Source: an uncultured Planctomycetia bacterium (lineage in GTDB: Bacteria > Omnitrophota > Gorgyraeia > VGKH01 > JBHPFN01). Taken from it: DNA of 64,000 nucleotides. Location of the stretch: the NCBI GenBank assembly GCA_964406665.1, contig CAYOSQ010000002.1, forward strand, positions 118,219 to 182,218, written 5' to 3'. The translations under genes and the position numbers were made by a program. Of the stretch, positions 1 to 9,679 are shown piece after piece; position 1 is the first letter of the stretch, and every line of letters starts with the position of its first letter. A model generated the notes under the pieces. It saw nothing but the letters and a program-made list of their open reading frames with translations, had not been told where the DNA came from and searched no databases.

Positions 1-1
1 C

Positions 2-574
2 AAGAATCTCTCGTTCTCTTAAAATCTCCCTGGAGATATCGGTAACAAGTGATATGCGGTTTTTACCTTTTTCCTTAGATACATATAAAGCTTTATCTGC
101 TAAGTCAATCAATCTTAGTGTATCTTGTGCATCGTCGGGATAATTGGCTATTCCTATGCTTAGATTGATTTTTAAGCTCACCTGAGCAGATTTTAAATTA
201 AACTTATTTCCAGATATTGCTTTTGAGATTTTCTTTGCAATATTCAGTGATTCGGTTAATGAGCCTCCAGGCAAGATAACAGTGAACTCATCTCCTGCGT
301 AGCGGACAACAGTATCTTCAGATCTGACGCACTCGCTTATGATTTCAGCAACCGTCTTTAAAACTTCATCTCCAGCCAAATGGCCGTACTTATCGTTGAT
401 TAATTTAAAATCATCTATATCAATCATAAAAAACCACATGTTTCCGCCAGAGCTTTTAGTGCGAGAGATCTCTTCGGGTAGATATTGATAGAGGTATCTC
501 CGGTTAAAAACATTGGTTAACTCGTCACGGAATACTAGTTGCTCAACTCTTTTTTTTGGCTTATTTTCTGCCAT
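2..574 (-). CDS. GGDEF domain protein (diguanylate cyclase), truncated by window edge
   Basis: Not in ORF track. Manual translation from ATG at 574: MAENKPKKRVEQLVFRDELTNVFNRRYL...MIDIDDFKLINDKYGHLAGDEVL...RSEDTVVRYAGDEF. Frame stays open past position 1. Confidence 0.9.
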   Translation of the reverse strand, partial: MAENKPKKRVEQLVFRDELTNVFNRRYLYQYLPEEISRTKSSGGNMWFFMIDIDDFKLINDKYGHLAGDEVLKTVAEIISECVRSEDTVVRYAGDEFTVILPGGSLTESLNIAKKISKAISGNKFNLKSAQVSLKINLSIGIANYPDDAQDTLRLIDLADKALYVSKEKGKNRISLVTDISREILREREIL

Positions 575-592
575 AGTTTTTTGACGTTTTAA

Positions 593-1486
593 TTATACAG
601 CTTCTTCAGAGCCGTAAATGCATGCTCTATCTTTACCGAGGCACTTTGCTTGGTAAAGTGCTCTATCAGCTTTTTCAATAAGCTCCTCTTTAGATGCTGC
701 ATCTGAAGGAAACGAAGAAATTCCCACGCTTACTGTAATTGTAAGATTTTTTCGAACAAGATTTAGTATTCTTTTTGCTGCTGCAATAGCTCCCAGTTGA
801 GGTGTTTGTGGTAGAAGAACAGCAAACTCCTCGCCTCCATATCTAAACACCATATCTACAACTCTGATGGATTCCTTAAAGAAATGTCCTAATTTTCTAA
901 GCATTTCATCACCGGCCAGATGACCATGAGAATCGTTGAACTTTTTGAACCCATCGATATCCAGCATTAACAAAGAAAACTCTTGGGGATATCTCTTGGC
1001 TCGTTCAAGTTCTCTGGGGAGCATTTCATAAAAATATCTGTAGTTATAAACCCCAGTCAGACCATCTATAATAGAAAGTTCACGGTAGTATTCTTTTTTT
1101 CCAGCTTCTTCTAAAAGCCTCTGTCTTTCTGCTGTACGTGAAAGCACTATTCTTATGTCATCAGAATTAAATGGTTCTGTAATATAGTCGTATGCTCCTC
1201 TGCGAATTGCCTCAACTGCTGATTTATCATTTGAAGAATCTGTCGTAGCGATAACGCAGATATTTGGATTTTCTGCTTTCATTCTTTCAATCATGTCAAT
1301 GCTTTTTATGCTGGGAGACCTCAAGTCGATGATTACTATTTGGAATTTATTGTTTTTTGTAAGATTTAGCCCTTCGTCTCCCGAGAGTGCATGCCAAATG
1401 CTGAAAGTTTCTTTGCAAACGCTGGCGATAGCATCCTTAACTTCTTTTGTCTTATCAATTATTAAAATATTATTTTTAATATCCAT
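593..1486 (-). CDS. Response regulator diguanylate cyclase (REC-GGDEF)
   Basis: N-terminal REC-like domain (IVIIDL, GAYDYITEPF); DGLTGVYNYRY, RVVD I-site, RYGGEEF active site. Confidence 0.92.
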   Translation of the reverse strand: MDIKNNILIIDKTKEVKDAIASVCKETFSIWHALSGDEGLNLTKNNKFQIVIIDLRSPSIKSIDMIERMKAENPNICVIATTDSSNDKSAVEAIRRGAYDYITEPFNSDDIRIVLSRTAERQRLLEEAGKKEYYRELSIIDGLTGVYNYRYFYEMLPRELERAKRYPQEFSLLMLDIDGFKKFNDSHGHLAGDEMLRKLGHFFKESIRVVDMVFRYGGEEFAVLLPQTPQLGAIAAAKRILNLVRKNLTITVSVGISSFPSDAASKEELIEKADRALYQAKCLGKDRACIYGSEEAV

Positions 1487-3192
1487 TATTCTACAGATGT
1501 CACCCTTAAAACTTCTTCGAATGTTGTTAATCCTAGGCTGAATTTCTTGATGGCGTCATCCCATAAAGTCAACATACCGTTTTCTTTTACAGCGTAATTT
1601 CTTATTTTATCTTGAGAAGCACCTTTAACTATCATTTCTCTAATGCTGTCGTTAATCATCATAACTTCTAGAAGGCCCATCCTGCCTCTATATCCAGTAT
1701 TTCTACATGATTTACAACCTTTTCCTTTAAAGAATTTTGCATCTTTTCCAGGCTTAAATCCAATATCTTCAAGAGCGGATTCTGAAATCTTTATTGGTTC
1801 TTTGCATCTTTCGCAAATTTTCCTGCATAATCTTTGAGCGCAAGCCATAATTGCAGAAGATGAAACTAGAAAAGGTTCAACTCCCATATCAATTAAACGA
1901 GTAACCGCACCTGGTGCATCGTTTGTATGGAGTGTTGAAAAAACTAAAGTTCCCGTTAGGGCAGATTTAACCGCAATATCAGCTGTTTCAGAATCTCTAA
2001 TTTCACCGATCATTATCATATCAGGGTTTTGCCTGAGTAAAGATCTTAAGCCGCTGGCAAAGGTTAAGCCAATTTCTGGTTTAACATTAAGTTGGGTAAT
2101 GCCGTCAATTTGATATTCTACCGGATCCTCTACGGTAATTATATTTCTTTCAACCTGATTAAGCTGGTTAACTATAGAGTATAGTGTTGTAGACTTACCG
2201 CTTCCGGTAGGTCCAGTAACTAAAATTAAACCGAAGGGAGAAGCTATGGCTTTTTTAAATAGTGCAGTATTCTCAGGAAAAAAACCTAAACCGTCGAGGC
2301 CGATAGACAGATTCGCTCTATCGAGTAAGCGCAGTACAATCTTTTGTCCGTGAGTAATCGGTAAGATTGATACGCGAAAATCGATCTCTTTACCACCAAA
2401 CCTAATTTTGAATCTTCCGTCTTGAGGAAGTCGTAATTCTGTAATATCTAGATTTGTCATAATCTTTAATCGTGCGATAATAGCATTTTGATTCTTTTTA
2501 GGAAGCGACATTGCGTCGATAAGAACTCCGTCTATGCGATATCTTACTCTCAGATCTTTTTCTGTAGGCTCAACGTGGATATCTGATGCTCGCTGCTTCA
2601 TAGCTTCCCTGATAATTAAGTTTACCACCTGAATAATTGGCGCTTCTCCACTCTTCATGATAGTTGAGCTAATTTCTATTTGGTCAGCATCGTCATCAAG
2701 GGTTACCATGTTATCTCTGTCGCCAAGTTCTTTGATTACATCTGAAACAGAATCTTTTTCACTTCTATAGTATTTATTAATTGATTTGATTATGTCTTGT
2801 TCTGTGGACATTGCAATATCAATATCGTATCCAGTCAAATTTTTAATATCATCAAGCGCAAAAATATTTAAGGGATCTGCTGTGGCAAGTGTGATAGTTG
2901 AACCAATTTTGGAAATTGGAACAATGCGGTATTGACGGCAAATTCTCTCAGGGATAACTTTTATAACATCAGGGTCAATTCTGTATTTAGATAAATTTAT
3001 TGGTGGGATATTAAGTTCTTTTGCTAAAATGCCAATCAGTTCTTTTTCAGTAATCAGACCTTTTTCAACCAGAATTTTTTCAAGGCTGATTCCCTTTTGT
3101 TTTTGAGCCTTGATAGCTTTATCAAAATCTTCCTTTTTGATTTTTTTGTTTTCAACAATGATTTCTACTATTCTCTCTTTTAATGTTTTCAT
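1486..3192 (-). CDS. pilB: PilB/GspE-family assembly ATPase with degenerate MshEN N-terminus
   Basis: ASDIHVEP, PQDGR, Walker A GPTGSGKST, EDPVEY, GEIRD, STLHTND, tetra-Cys zinc motif. Confidence 0.9.
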   Translation of the reverse strand: MKTLKERIVEIIVENKKIKKEDFDKAIKAQKQKGISLEKILVEKGLITEKELIGILAKELNIPPINLSKYRIDPDVIKVIPERICRQYRIVPISKIGSTITLATADPLNIFALDDIKNLTGYDIDIAMSTEQDIIKSINKYYRSEKDSVSDVIKELGDRDNMVTLDDDADQIEISSTIMKSGEAPIIQVVNLIIREAMKQRASDIHVEPTEKDLRVRYRIDGVLIDAMSLPKKNQNAIIARLKIMTNLDITELRLPQDGRFKIRFGGKEIDFRVSILPITHGQKIVLRLLDRANLSIGLDGLGFFPENTALFKKAIASPFGLILVTGPTGSGKSTTLYSIVNQLNQVERNIITVEDPVEYQIDGITQLNVKPEIGLTFASGLRSLLRQNPDMIMIGEIRDSETADIAVKSALTGTLVFSTLHTNDAPGAVTRLIDMGVEPFLVSSSAIMACAQRLCRKICERCKEPIKISESALEDIGFKPGKDAKFFKGKGCKSCRNTGYRGRMGLLEVMMINDSIREMIVKGASQDKIRNYAVKENGMLTLWDDAIKKFSLGLTTFEEVLRVTSVE

Positions 3193-3193
3193 T

Positions 3194-4927
3194 TTATTCT
3201 AACGGTTCATCAGGAGTAGTTACTTTTAGTACCTCCTCTAAAGACGTAAGGCCGGCTGCAACTTTTTTTATTCCATCTTCTCTTAAGGTAACCATTCCTT
3301 CTTTCCTACTTTGTTGTTTTAAAACATTATCAGCTGCTCTGGATAAAATTAATTCTCTAATTTTTGGAGAAAGAGGCATAATTTCGGAAATACAAACTCT
3401 TCCCTTGTAACCAGTTTGAAGACAAGTTTTACACCCTTTACCTTTATAGAATTCTATAGAACTTTCCGCATTAGTGGTAATCCCTAACCGCTTAGACATC
3501 TCTGGACTAATATTAAATGGTTCTTTACACTTCTCGCAAATTTTTCTAATGAGTCTTTGAGCTACGATAGCTATAACTGAAGAAGAAATTAAAAAAGGCT
3601 CAACTCCCATGTTCACCAATCTAATTATAGACCCGGGAGCAGTTGTTGTATGAAGAGTGCTTAGAACGAGATGTCCTGTTAAGGCAGATTTGATTGCTAT
3701 GTCAACAGTCTCAAAATCTCTAATTTCTCCGATCATTATAGTGTCAGGGTCTTGTCGCAATATGGATCGTAGGCTTGAAGCAAAGGTAAGCCCAATGTCT
3801 GGTTTAGCTGTTACTTGATTAATTCCTCGTAACTGATATTCCACAGGGTCTTCAACAGTAATTGCATTTTTCTCAGGAGAATCAATGTATTTAAGTATCG
3901 AATAAAGCGTGGTAGTTTTTCCAGAACCCGTAGGACCACAAACAAGTATCATACCATGTGGTTTTAAAGAACACTCTTTTAAAACTTCTAATGGTTTTCC
4001 TTCAAACCCTAGTTTATCAATATCTAAAATTGCATTAGCTTTATCTAAAATTCTAAGTGCAACTTTTTCTCCCCAGCCAGTAGGTAAAATAGAAACACGA
4101 AAATCCACTTGTCTATTTTCAATCATCGTCTTGAATCTTCCATCCTGAGGAAGACGGTGCTCCGCGATATCCAGAGAAGACATAACCTTAATACGTGAAA
4201 CAATTGACGGATGCAGCGTTTTCGGAGGAGAATCAAGAGCCCTTAAAGTACCATCAATTCTAAAACGGATCCTTAATTGCTTTTCCATAGGTTCAATTAA
4301 AATGTCGCTAGCCTTAGATTCAATCCCTTGCCTTAAGATTGCCTCAGTTAATTTAATTACAGGAGCTTCCTGTGTTAAGCGCGTTAGCTCATCTATAGAC
4401 ATAGACTCTTCATCAGCTCCTTTTATTAATTCTAGTTTCTCCAACTTGCTTTTTTCCATAGAATCCATTATTTCTTCTAGTACCTGGTGAGAGTCTTCTG
4501 AATAATAGTTTTCAATTGCTTCTAATATTTCTTTTGGACGAGCAACCACGGTATTTATTTCAAATCCAGTTAATGTTTTTGCATTGTCTATAGCAAAAAT
4601 ATTTAAAGGGTCACCAATAGCAAGGGTTAGAGAATTTCCAATTTTGGAGACAGGAATGATTTGGTGGAATATAGCAACATCTTTGGGAATAACTTTGATT
4701 ACTTCTGGAGGAATTTTGATGCGTGCAAGCTCTATATTGGGGAGCCCCAAGCTTTCGCTTAAAGCAATTGCAAGGTCGTTTTCATTAACAAGTTCTAGCT
4801 TAACTAGTATTTCGCTTAATCTCCCGCCTTTTTTCTTTTGTTCAGCTAAGGCTTTGTCTAGGTCTTCCTTTGTGATGAGCTTATTCTTTAATAAAAGCTC
4901 CATTAAGCGTTCTTTAAGCGAAATCAT
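3194..4927 (-). CDS. pilB: PilB/GspE-family assembly ATPase with variant MshEN N-terminus
   Basis: ASDILIEP, PQDGR, GPTGSGKTT, EDPVEY, GEIRD, STLHT, CEKC/CKTC. Confidence 0.9.
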   Translation of the reverse strand: MISLKERLMELLLKNKLITKEDLDKALAEQKKKGGRLSEILVKLELVNENDLAIALSESLGLPNIELARIKIPPEVIKVIPKDVAIFHQIIPVSKIGNSLTLAIGDPLNIFAIDNAKTLTGFEINTVVARPKEILEAIENYYSEDSHQVLEEIMDSMEKSKLEKLELIKGADEESMSIDELTRLTQEAPVIKLTEAILRQGIESKASDILIEPMEKQLRIRFRIDGTLRALDSPPKTLHPSIVSRIKVMSSLDIAEHRLPQDGRFKTMIENRQVDFRVSILPTGWGEKVALRILDKANAILDIDKLGFEGKPLEVLKECSLKPHGMILVCGPTGSGKTTTLYSILKYIDSPEKNAITVEDPVEYQLRGINQVTAKPDIGLTFASSLRSILRQDPDTIMIGEIRDFETVDIAIKSALTGHLVLSTLHTTTAPGSIIRLVNMGVEPFLISSSVIAIVAQRLIRKICEKCKEPFNISPEMSKRLGITTNAESSIEFYKGKGCKTCLQTGYKGRVCISEIMPLSPKIRELILSRAADNVLKQQSRKEGMVTLREDGIKKVAAGLTSLEEVLKVTTPDEPLE

Positions 4928-5382
4928 TCTTTATTTCCTTCTCCATAATATTTATCTATTGAATGTTTAATGTCAGTAGATGTGCTTACAAAAGTTTGTA
5001 TTGTGCATTCAGTTATCATTTCCACATCCTCAATTGCATGTGTATTTAGAGGATTTGACATTGCTAGAGTTAAGCTTTTTCCAATTTTATCAACCGGGAT
5101 AAGGCAGTATTGCCTGCAGACATTTTCTGGAATAACAGAAATAACCTTGGGATCAATTTCGTAGCAAACAAGCGGTAGAAACGGAAAGCCATACTGATCA
5201 GTTAGGGCTTGAACAATATCTTCTTCTTTTGCATATTCAAGAGAAACCAACACCTCTCCAATTAAGCCACCCTTTTTCTTTTGAACTTCAAGAGCCTCAG
5301 AAAGCTGCTCTGGTGTTATAATACCGTTTTCTATAAGGAGTTGACCTAATTGTTTTTTTGTTAATCTATTAAGTTGAGTCAT
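4924..5382 (-). CDS. Stand-alone MshEN/GspE N-terminal domain protein (no ATPase domain)
   Basis: QLGQLLIENGIITPEQLSEALEVQ and LIGEVLV...ALTDQ tandem motif, then IPENVCRQYCLIPV and LAMSNPLN; ends at 152 aa. Confidence 0.85.
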   Translation of the reverse strand: MTQLNRLTKKQLGQLLIENGIITPEQLSEALEVQKKKGGLIGEVLVSLEYAKEEDIVQALTDQYGFPFLPLVCYEIDPKVISVIPENVCRQYCLIPVDKIGKSLTLAMSNPLNTHAIEDVEMITECTIQTFVSTSTDIKHSIDKYYGEGNKE

Positions 5383-5391
5383 AAAGTCACC

Positions 5392-6237
5392 TTATGACAA
5401 AATTTGGTTGCTTTCTTCCGGATTAGTTTCTGTTAAAATTCTTTGGGCCTTTTCAATCAATTCTTCTGAGGTCATACCATCAACTGGGTTTTCTGTGACA
5501 ACTCCTGTTATGGTAAGATTTAGAGTTTTTTCTGTTGAAGAAAAAATACTTTCAACTTTTTTTCTGATATCTTCAGCTAGTACAATAGCCTGTTTTTTGT
5601 TTCTTTCTGGAACCACTACGGCAAATTTTTCGTCAGAAAATCTTGCAACTTTATCTATTTCGCTGGTGCAATCTTTAATAATATTAGAGATAGTCTTCAA
5701 TGATTTTTCAGCAGAGCTAAAACCAGATGATGACACAATATTTTTGAAGCGGTCAACTTTTATCAACATGAAAGCGCATGGTCTTTGAAAGCTAATGGCT
5801 CTTTTTATCTCTTCTTCCAGCTTCTCTTTTAAAAAGGAGGGCTTGTATAGTCCCGTAAGGGAGTCCTCGACTTCTAAACTTTTAACCTTTTCTGATAAAG
5901 CACTTAAAGAATTGTTTAGGCTTCCGATTTCGTCGGACCCGCCGATAGTTTTTTTAGCACTTTCATAACCTGCGGCAATACCACGAGCAGATGAACTTAC
6001 ATTAATAATTGAATCAATGACTCCCTTTAGAATAAAGAAGCCCAGCAAGGCAAAAAAGAAAGCCAATGTTAACACAAGACCTAAGTTGTCAGCAATAAAT
6101 GATTTAGAAGCAGAATTGGGAAATATGTAGTTTAGAAGAAGTAAAATCGGAATTATGGTGGTAAGGCAAAAGGCTATTAAAATCTTAGATTTTAAACCAC
6201 TTGAGTTTATAGATATATTTTTTGAAAAACGACCCAT
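5392..6237 (-). CDS. Membrane protein with HAMP-like linker and degenerate GGDEF domain
   Basis: Two hydrophobic helices, DEIGSL, DSLTGLY; active-site position reads RFSDEKF. Confidence 0.8.
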   Translation of the reverse strand: MGRFSKNISINSSGLKSKILIAFCLTTIIPILLLLNYIFPNSASKSFIADNLGLVLTLAFFFALLGFFILKGVIDSIINVSSSARGIAAGYESAKKTIGGSDEIGSLNNSLSALSEKVKSLEVEDSLTGLYKPSFLKEKLEEEIKRAISFQRPCAFMLIKVDRFKNIVSSSGFSSAEKSLKTISNIIKDCTSEIDKVARFSDEKFAVVVPERNKKQAIVLAEDIRKKVESIFSSTEKTLNLTITGVVTENPVDGMTSEELIEKAQRILTETNPEESNQILS

Positions 6238-6267
6238 TTTTCGCCTCCCCGTTTATTCTAAGTTATT

Positions 6268-6296
6268 ACTATACATAACATTTGCATTAATGTCAA
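6268..6296 (-). promoter_or_regulatory. sigma70-type promoter for GGDEF/MshEN/PilB operon
   Basis: TTGACA-17bp-TATAGT; GGGGAGG SD before ATG at 6237. Confidence 0.75.
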
Positions 6297-6377
6297 TGAA
6301 TTTTGAATGTTTATCAGCGGGATTTTTTGATTTTATTTATTTAATTGCAGATAGTTGTGGCTTTACTTGATGTAAAA

Positions 6378-7490
6378 TCAGAAGATTTTTCTTTTTTCGT
6401 TGATATTCAGAATGATGCCGATTAAAACTGCAAAAATAACCAATGTAGAGCCTCCATAGCTAATAAATGGAAGTGACAGGCCAACAACTGGACAAAGGCC
6501 TAAGGTCATAGATAGGTTAACCACTACCTGAAAGGCAAATAATCCAATAATGCCAACGATAAGGTATGTGGCAAACTTATCCCTGGTTTGAAAGGCAATC
6601 TTAAAGGCAGATAAAATCAAGATTAAATATAGAGAAACAAGAATTGATGCTCCCAAAAACCCCCACTCCTCACCAATTACAGAGAATACAAAATCTGTAT
6701 GGCGTTCTGGTAGAAAGTTTAGCTGATTCTGAGTTCCGGAAAGCCACCCTTTACCTAGAAGCCTTCCTGAGCCAATAGCGATCTTCGATTGGATCATTGT
6801 GTATCCAGCGCCCAAAGGATCAATGTTGGGATTCATAAAAACCAATAAGCGTTCTTTTTGATATCCTTTAAGAAAATGCCAAAGAACAGGAAAAGAAAGT
6901 AGACCTGTGGCAATCAAGCCAAATAAATATTTTGGTCTTGTTTCTGCGATAAGTAAAATTGATAAAAATATCGGAATTAGCGTTAAGGCGGTTCCTAAGT
7001 CTGGCTGCATAAAAATCAATCCCATAGGAATAAGAATGAGCGAAAAAGGAATTATTAATTCTCTAACCATCGACATGGAATTAGCTATAAATCCTGACTT
7101 AACGCTATAGGATCTCGTTTGACTGAAATATTTACTAAGAATAATGATTACGGAAAGCTTCATCAATTCCGAAGGCTGGAAGTTAAAAAAACCGAGTTCA
7201 AACCAACGTTGAGCACCTAAAATTTCTCGTCCGAAAATCAAAACTAATATAAGAAGAAAAGCGCTTATCCCGTAAAGATAATTAGCAAAGTCGTAAAAAC
7301 GTCTATAGTTAATCCTGCTTATTGCAATTATCACAAGAAAAGAAAATAATAATTTTACCAAATGTTTTATAAAGATATTTTTATAAAGAGGATTTGCTGC
7401 TTGATAAGTTGAGCTGTATACGGCAAGTAATCCAAATACCATTATTGCTGCTGTTAAATATAGAATTTTTAAACTACGCTTGCTATACAT
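6378..7490 (-). CDS. rodA: Rod shape-determining protein RodA
   Basis: GAQRW, FQPSE, QPDLGT, IAIGSG, LPERHTDF, LPFISYGGS. Confidence 0.95.
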   Translation of the reverse strand: MYSKRSLKILYLTAAIMVFGLLAVYSSTYQAANPLYKNIFIKHLVKLLFSFLVIIAISRINYRRFYDFANYLYGISAFLLILVLIFGREILGAQRWFELGFFNFQPSELMKLSVIIILSKYFSQTRSYSVKSGFIANSMSMVRELIIPFSLILIPMGLIFMQPDLGTALTLIPIFLSILLIAETRPKYLFGLIATGLLSFPVLWHFLKGYQKERLLVFMNPNIDPLGAGYTMIQSKIAIGSGRLLGKGWLSGTQNQLNFLPERHTDFVFSVIGEEWGFLGASILVSLYLILILSAFKIAFQTRDKFATYLIVGIIGLFAFQVVVNLSMTLGLCPVVGLSLPFISYGGSTLVIFAVLIGIILNINEKRKIF

Positions 7491-7494
7491 TCTA

Positions 7495-9210
7495 TTAGTT
7501 TTTTAAATCCAACTTCTTTACTTCTTCTAAGATCTTCTTAGCTAAAACGCAGGCATTATAAGACGATCCGCCGTGTTCTAAGAATACACAAAAAGCTATT
7601 TCAGGCTTTTTTGTAGGGCCGTAACCTGCAAACCAAGAATGAGATTTTCCTCTGGAAGCTTGAGCCGTACCAGTTTTTCCCGCAACTGGAAATCCAGATA
7701 TATTAACAATATGTGCTGTTCCACTTGGATCTGAAACAACATTTCTTAAAGCGCTCCTGATGGTTTCTAAAGTTTCGTTTTTAACCGCAATCTTCTTTGC
7801 AGAGTCTTTTCTTACAACTTGAGCGCCATTAATTGAAAGCAGTAAAAATGGTTCAATTAGCCATCCGCCATTAGCGATTGCTGCCATAAGTCGTGCAGCT
7901 TGCAGAGGTGTAGCTAGAAATTCTCCCTGGCCAATGGAAAAATTAATCGTGTTGCCCTTATACCATCTTTCATTTTTGAAAAGTCTTTTTTTGATTTTGC
8001 TTGGAACGTTCCCCTTCTGTTCAAATGGTAAATCTATTCCTGTTAGCTTTCCAAAACCCCAATCAAGTGCATATTTTTCTATTAATTCAGGACCTAAAAT
8101 TAATCCCAGGTTATAAAAATATGTATTACAAGAATGCGTAATAGCATCCCTTAATTCCTGAATGCCGTGATTTCTTGAACATCGAAATGATGCATTTCCG
8201 ATTCTGAAATTACCATTACAAGTAAAGCTTGTATATGGACTAGTTTTATCTTCTTCTAGAGATGCAGTTGCGATAACGATTTTAAATATCGAACCCGGAG
8301 GATAAAGTCCGCTAATACAGCGATTAAGCATAGGACTTCTTTTATCTTTAAAAAGGTTCTTAATTCTATTTTCAGAATTTGCGGCAGTAAAAATATTAGG
8401 ATCGTAACTAGGAGAACTTACCATGGCTAAGATTTCTCCCGAATAGGGTTGTATAATGACAATTGCACCTTTCTTGTTACCTAATGTTTTGGCAGCGATT
8501 TTTTGAATTCTAAGATCGATGGTGATAGCAACATCCTTTCCTTTTTCAGGAGAGCGCATTGCTAAAACCTCTACTTGACGACCTCGGTTATCCGCCTTAA
8601 TTTGAGTTCCTCCGTCTTTTCCTTTTAAAAAACGATCAAAAAATTCTTCAACACCAGTATGTCCTACCAGATCCTTTACGCTATAGCCATATTCTTTTAA
8701 TTTTGATATTTTGGATTTGCTCACTAATCCAAGATATCCTAAGATATGAGAACAAATTTTACCGTGAAGATATGAACGTTCAGGAAAAGTTTCAATGATG
8801 ATTCCCGGTAAGGCTGTCTTTTTTTGTTCAATCATCATTGCTTGTTTTTTCGTAATGTTCTTTTTTATTAAGATCGGAGCAAAAGGGGCATAATAGTTTT
8901 TCTTAAAGTTTTTGTTAAGAGTTTCTTCTTCAACGTCAAGCAGCTTGCTTAAGATATTAAAAGTTGAATCTTTTTCCTTGAATTCTTGTGGAATTATAGC
9001 AATATTATAAGCCAGACGATTTTTTACAAGTATTTCACCATTTCGATCTGTAATAATTCCTCGCGGAGATTTTTGTTCGATTAGCCGGATATAGTTTTTT
9101 CTGCTTAGATTGTAGTAAGAGTTTCCTCTGACGACCTGCAATTTGATAAGACCAAAAAGAGGGAATAAAAATAAGCAAATTAGTATTAAAAGGAATACTT
9201 TGGAGCGCAT
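7495..9210 (-). CDS. mrdA: Penicillin-binding protein 2
   Basis: RGIITDRNG, SIFK (SxxK), SCN (SxN), KTG; mre operon context. Confidence 0.95.
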   Translation of the reverse strand: MRSKVFLLILICLFLFPLFGLIKLQVVRGNSYYNLSRKNYIRLIEQKSPRGIITDRNGEILVKNRLAYNIAIIPQEFKEKDSTFNILSKLLDVEEETLNKNFKKNYYAPFAPILIKKNITKKQAMMIEQKKTALPGIIIETFPERSYLHGKICSHILGYLGLVSKSKISKLKEYGYSVKDLVGHTGVEEFFDRFLKGKDGGTQIKADNRGRQVEVLAMRSPEKGKDVAITIDLRIQKIAAKTLGNKKGAIVIIQPYSGEILAMVSSPSYDPNIFTAANSENRIKNLFKDKRSPMLNRCISGLYPPGSIFKIVIATASLEEDKTSPYTSFTCNGNFRIGNASFRCSRNHGIQELRDAITHSCNTYFYNLGLILGPELIEKYALDWGFGKLTGIDLPFEQKGNVPSKIKKRLFKNERWYKGNTINFSIGQGEFLATPLQAARLMAAIANGGWLIEPFLLLSINGAQVVRKDSAKKIAVKNETLETIRSALRNVVSDPSGTAHIVNISGFPVAGKTGTAQASRGKSHSWFAGYGPTKKPEIAFCVFLEHGGSSYNACVLAKKILEEVKKLDLKN

Positions 9211-9671
9211 TTTTTTATTAAATTGATTATTATGGGTGAGACTAGAGAAGTAAACAGGCTCTCGGCCGTTCCTTTTAGAAGTATCTGTGGCACAGCTTCC
9301 AATCTAGCAGAAAACAAAGAAAGCAAGCAAATGATTAGAATGTTCGCAAACGAAATGATAAATACAAATAACGCTTGTTCAAAAAATCTTTCCCTATAAA
9401 TAAAACTTTTTAATCTACGAGCAATATATCCGCAAATAGTAAAACTTATCAAATATGAACCAAAAGCACCAAAGCTAAAGATATCTTTTAAAAGCCCACT
9501 ACAAGAAGCAACTATCTTACCTTCTTTTTTGGAGAAATAAATATTTGCTACAATAGCAATTATCAAAAGAAAATCAGGCTTAACATGGAACAGCCTTAGA
9601 TTTTCAGGATAATTAATTGAAAACAATATTGCTGCAATTGATAAAATAGAAAAAACTACCGGTCTTTTCAT
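9186..9671 (-). CDS. mreD: Rod shape-determining protein MreD
   Basis: Hydrophobic, KPDFLL and GLLKD motifs, between mreC and mrdA. Confidence 0.85.
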   Translation of the reverse strand: MKRPVVFSILSIAAILFSINYPENLRLFHVKPDFLLIIAIVANIYFSKKEGKIVASCSGLLKDIFSFGAFGSYLISFTICGYIARRLKSFIYRERFFEQALFVFIISFANILIICLLSLFSARLEAVPQILLKGTAESLFTSLVSPIIINLIKKCAPKYSF

Positions 9672-9679
9672 TTGAATAG

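Noticed and set aside
4924-5382. MshEN ORF as a frameshifted piece of the downstream pilB
   Set aside because: The downstream pilB has its own complete N-terminal domain, SD and ATGA overlap
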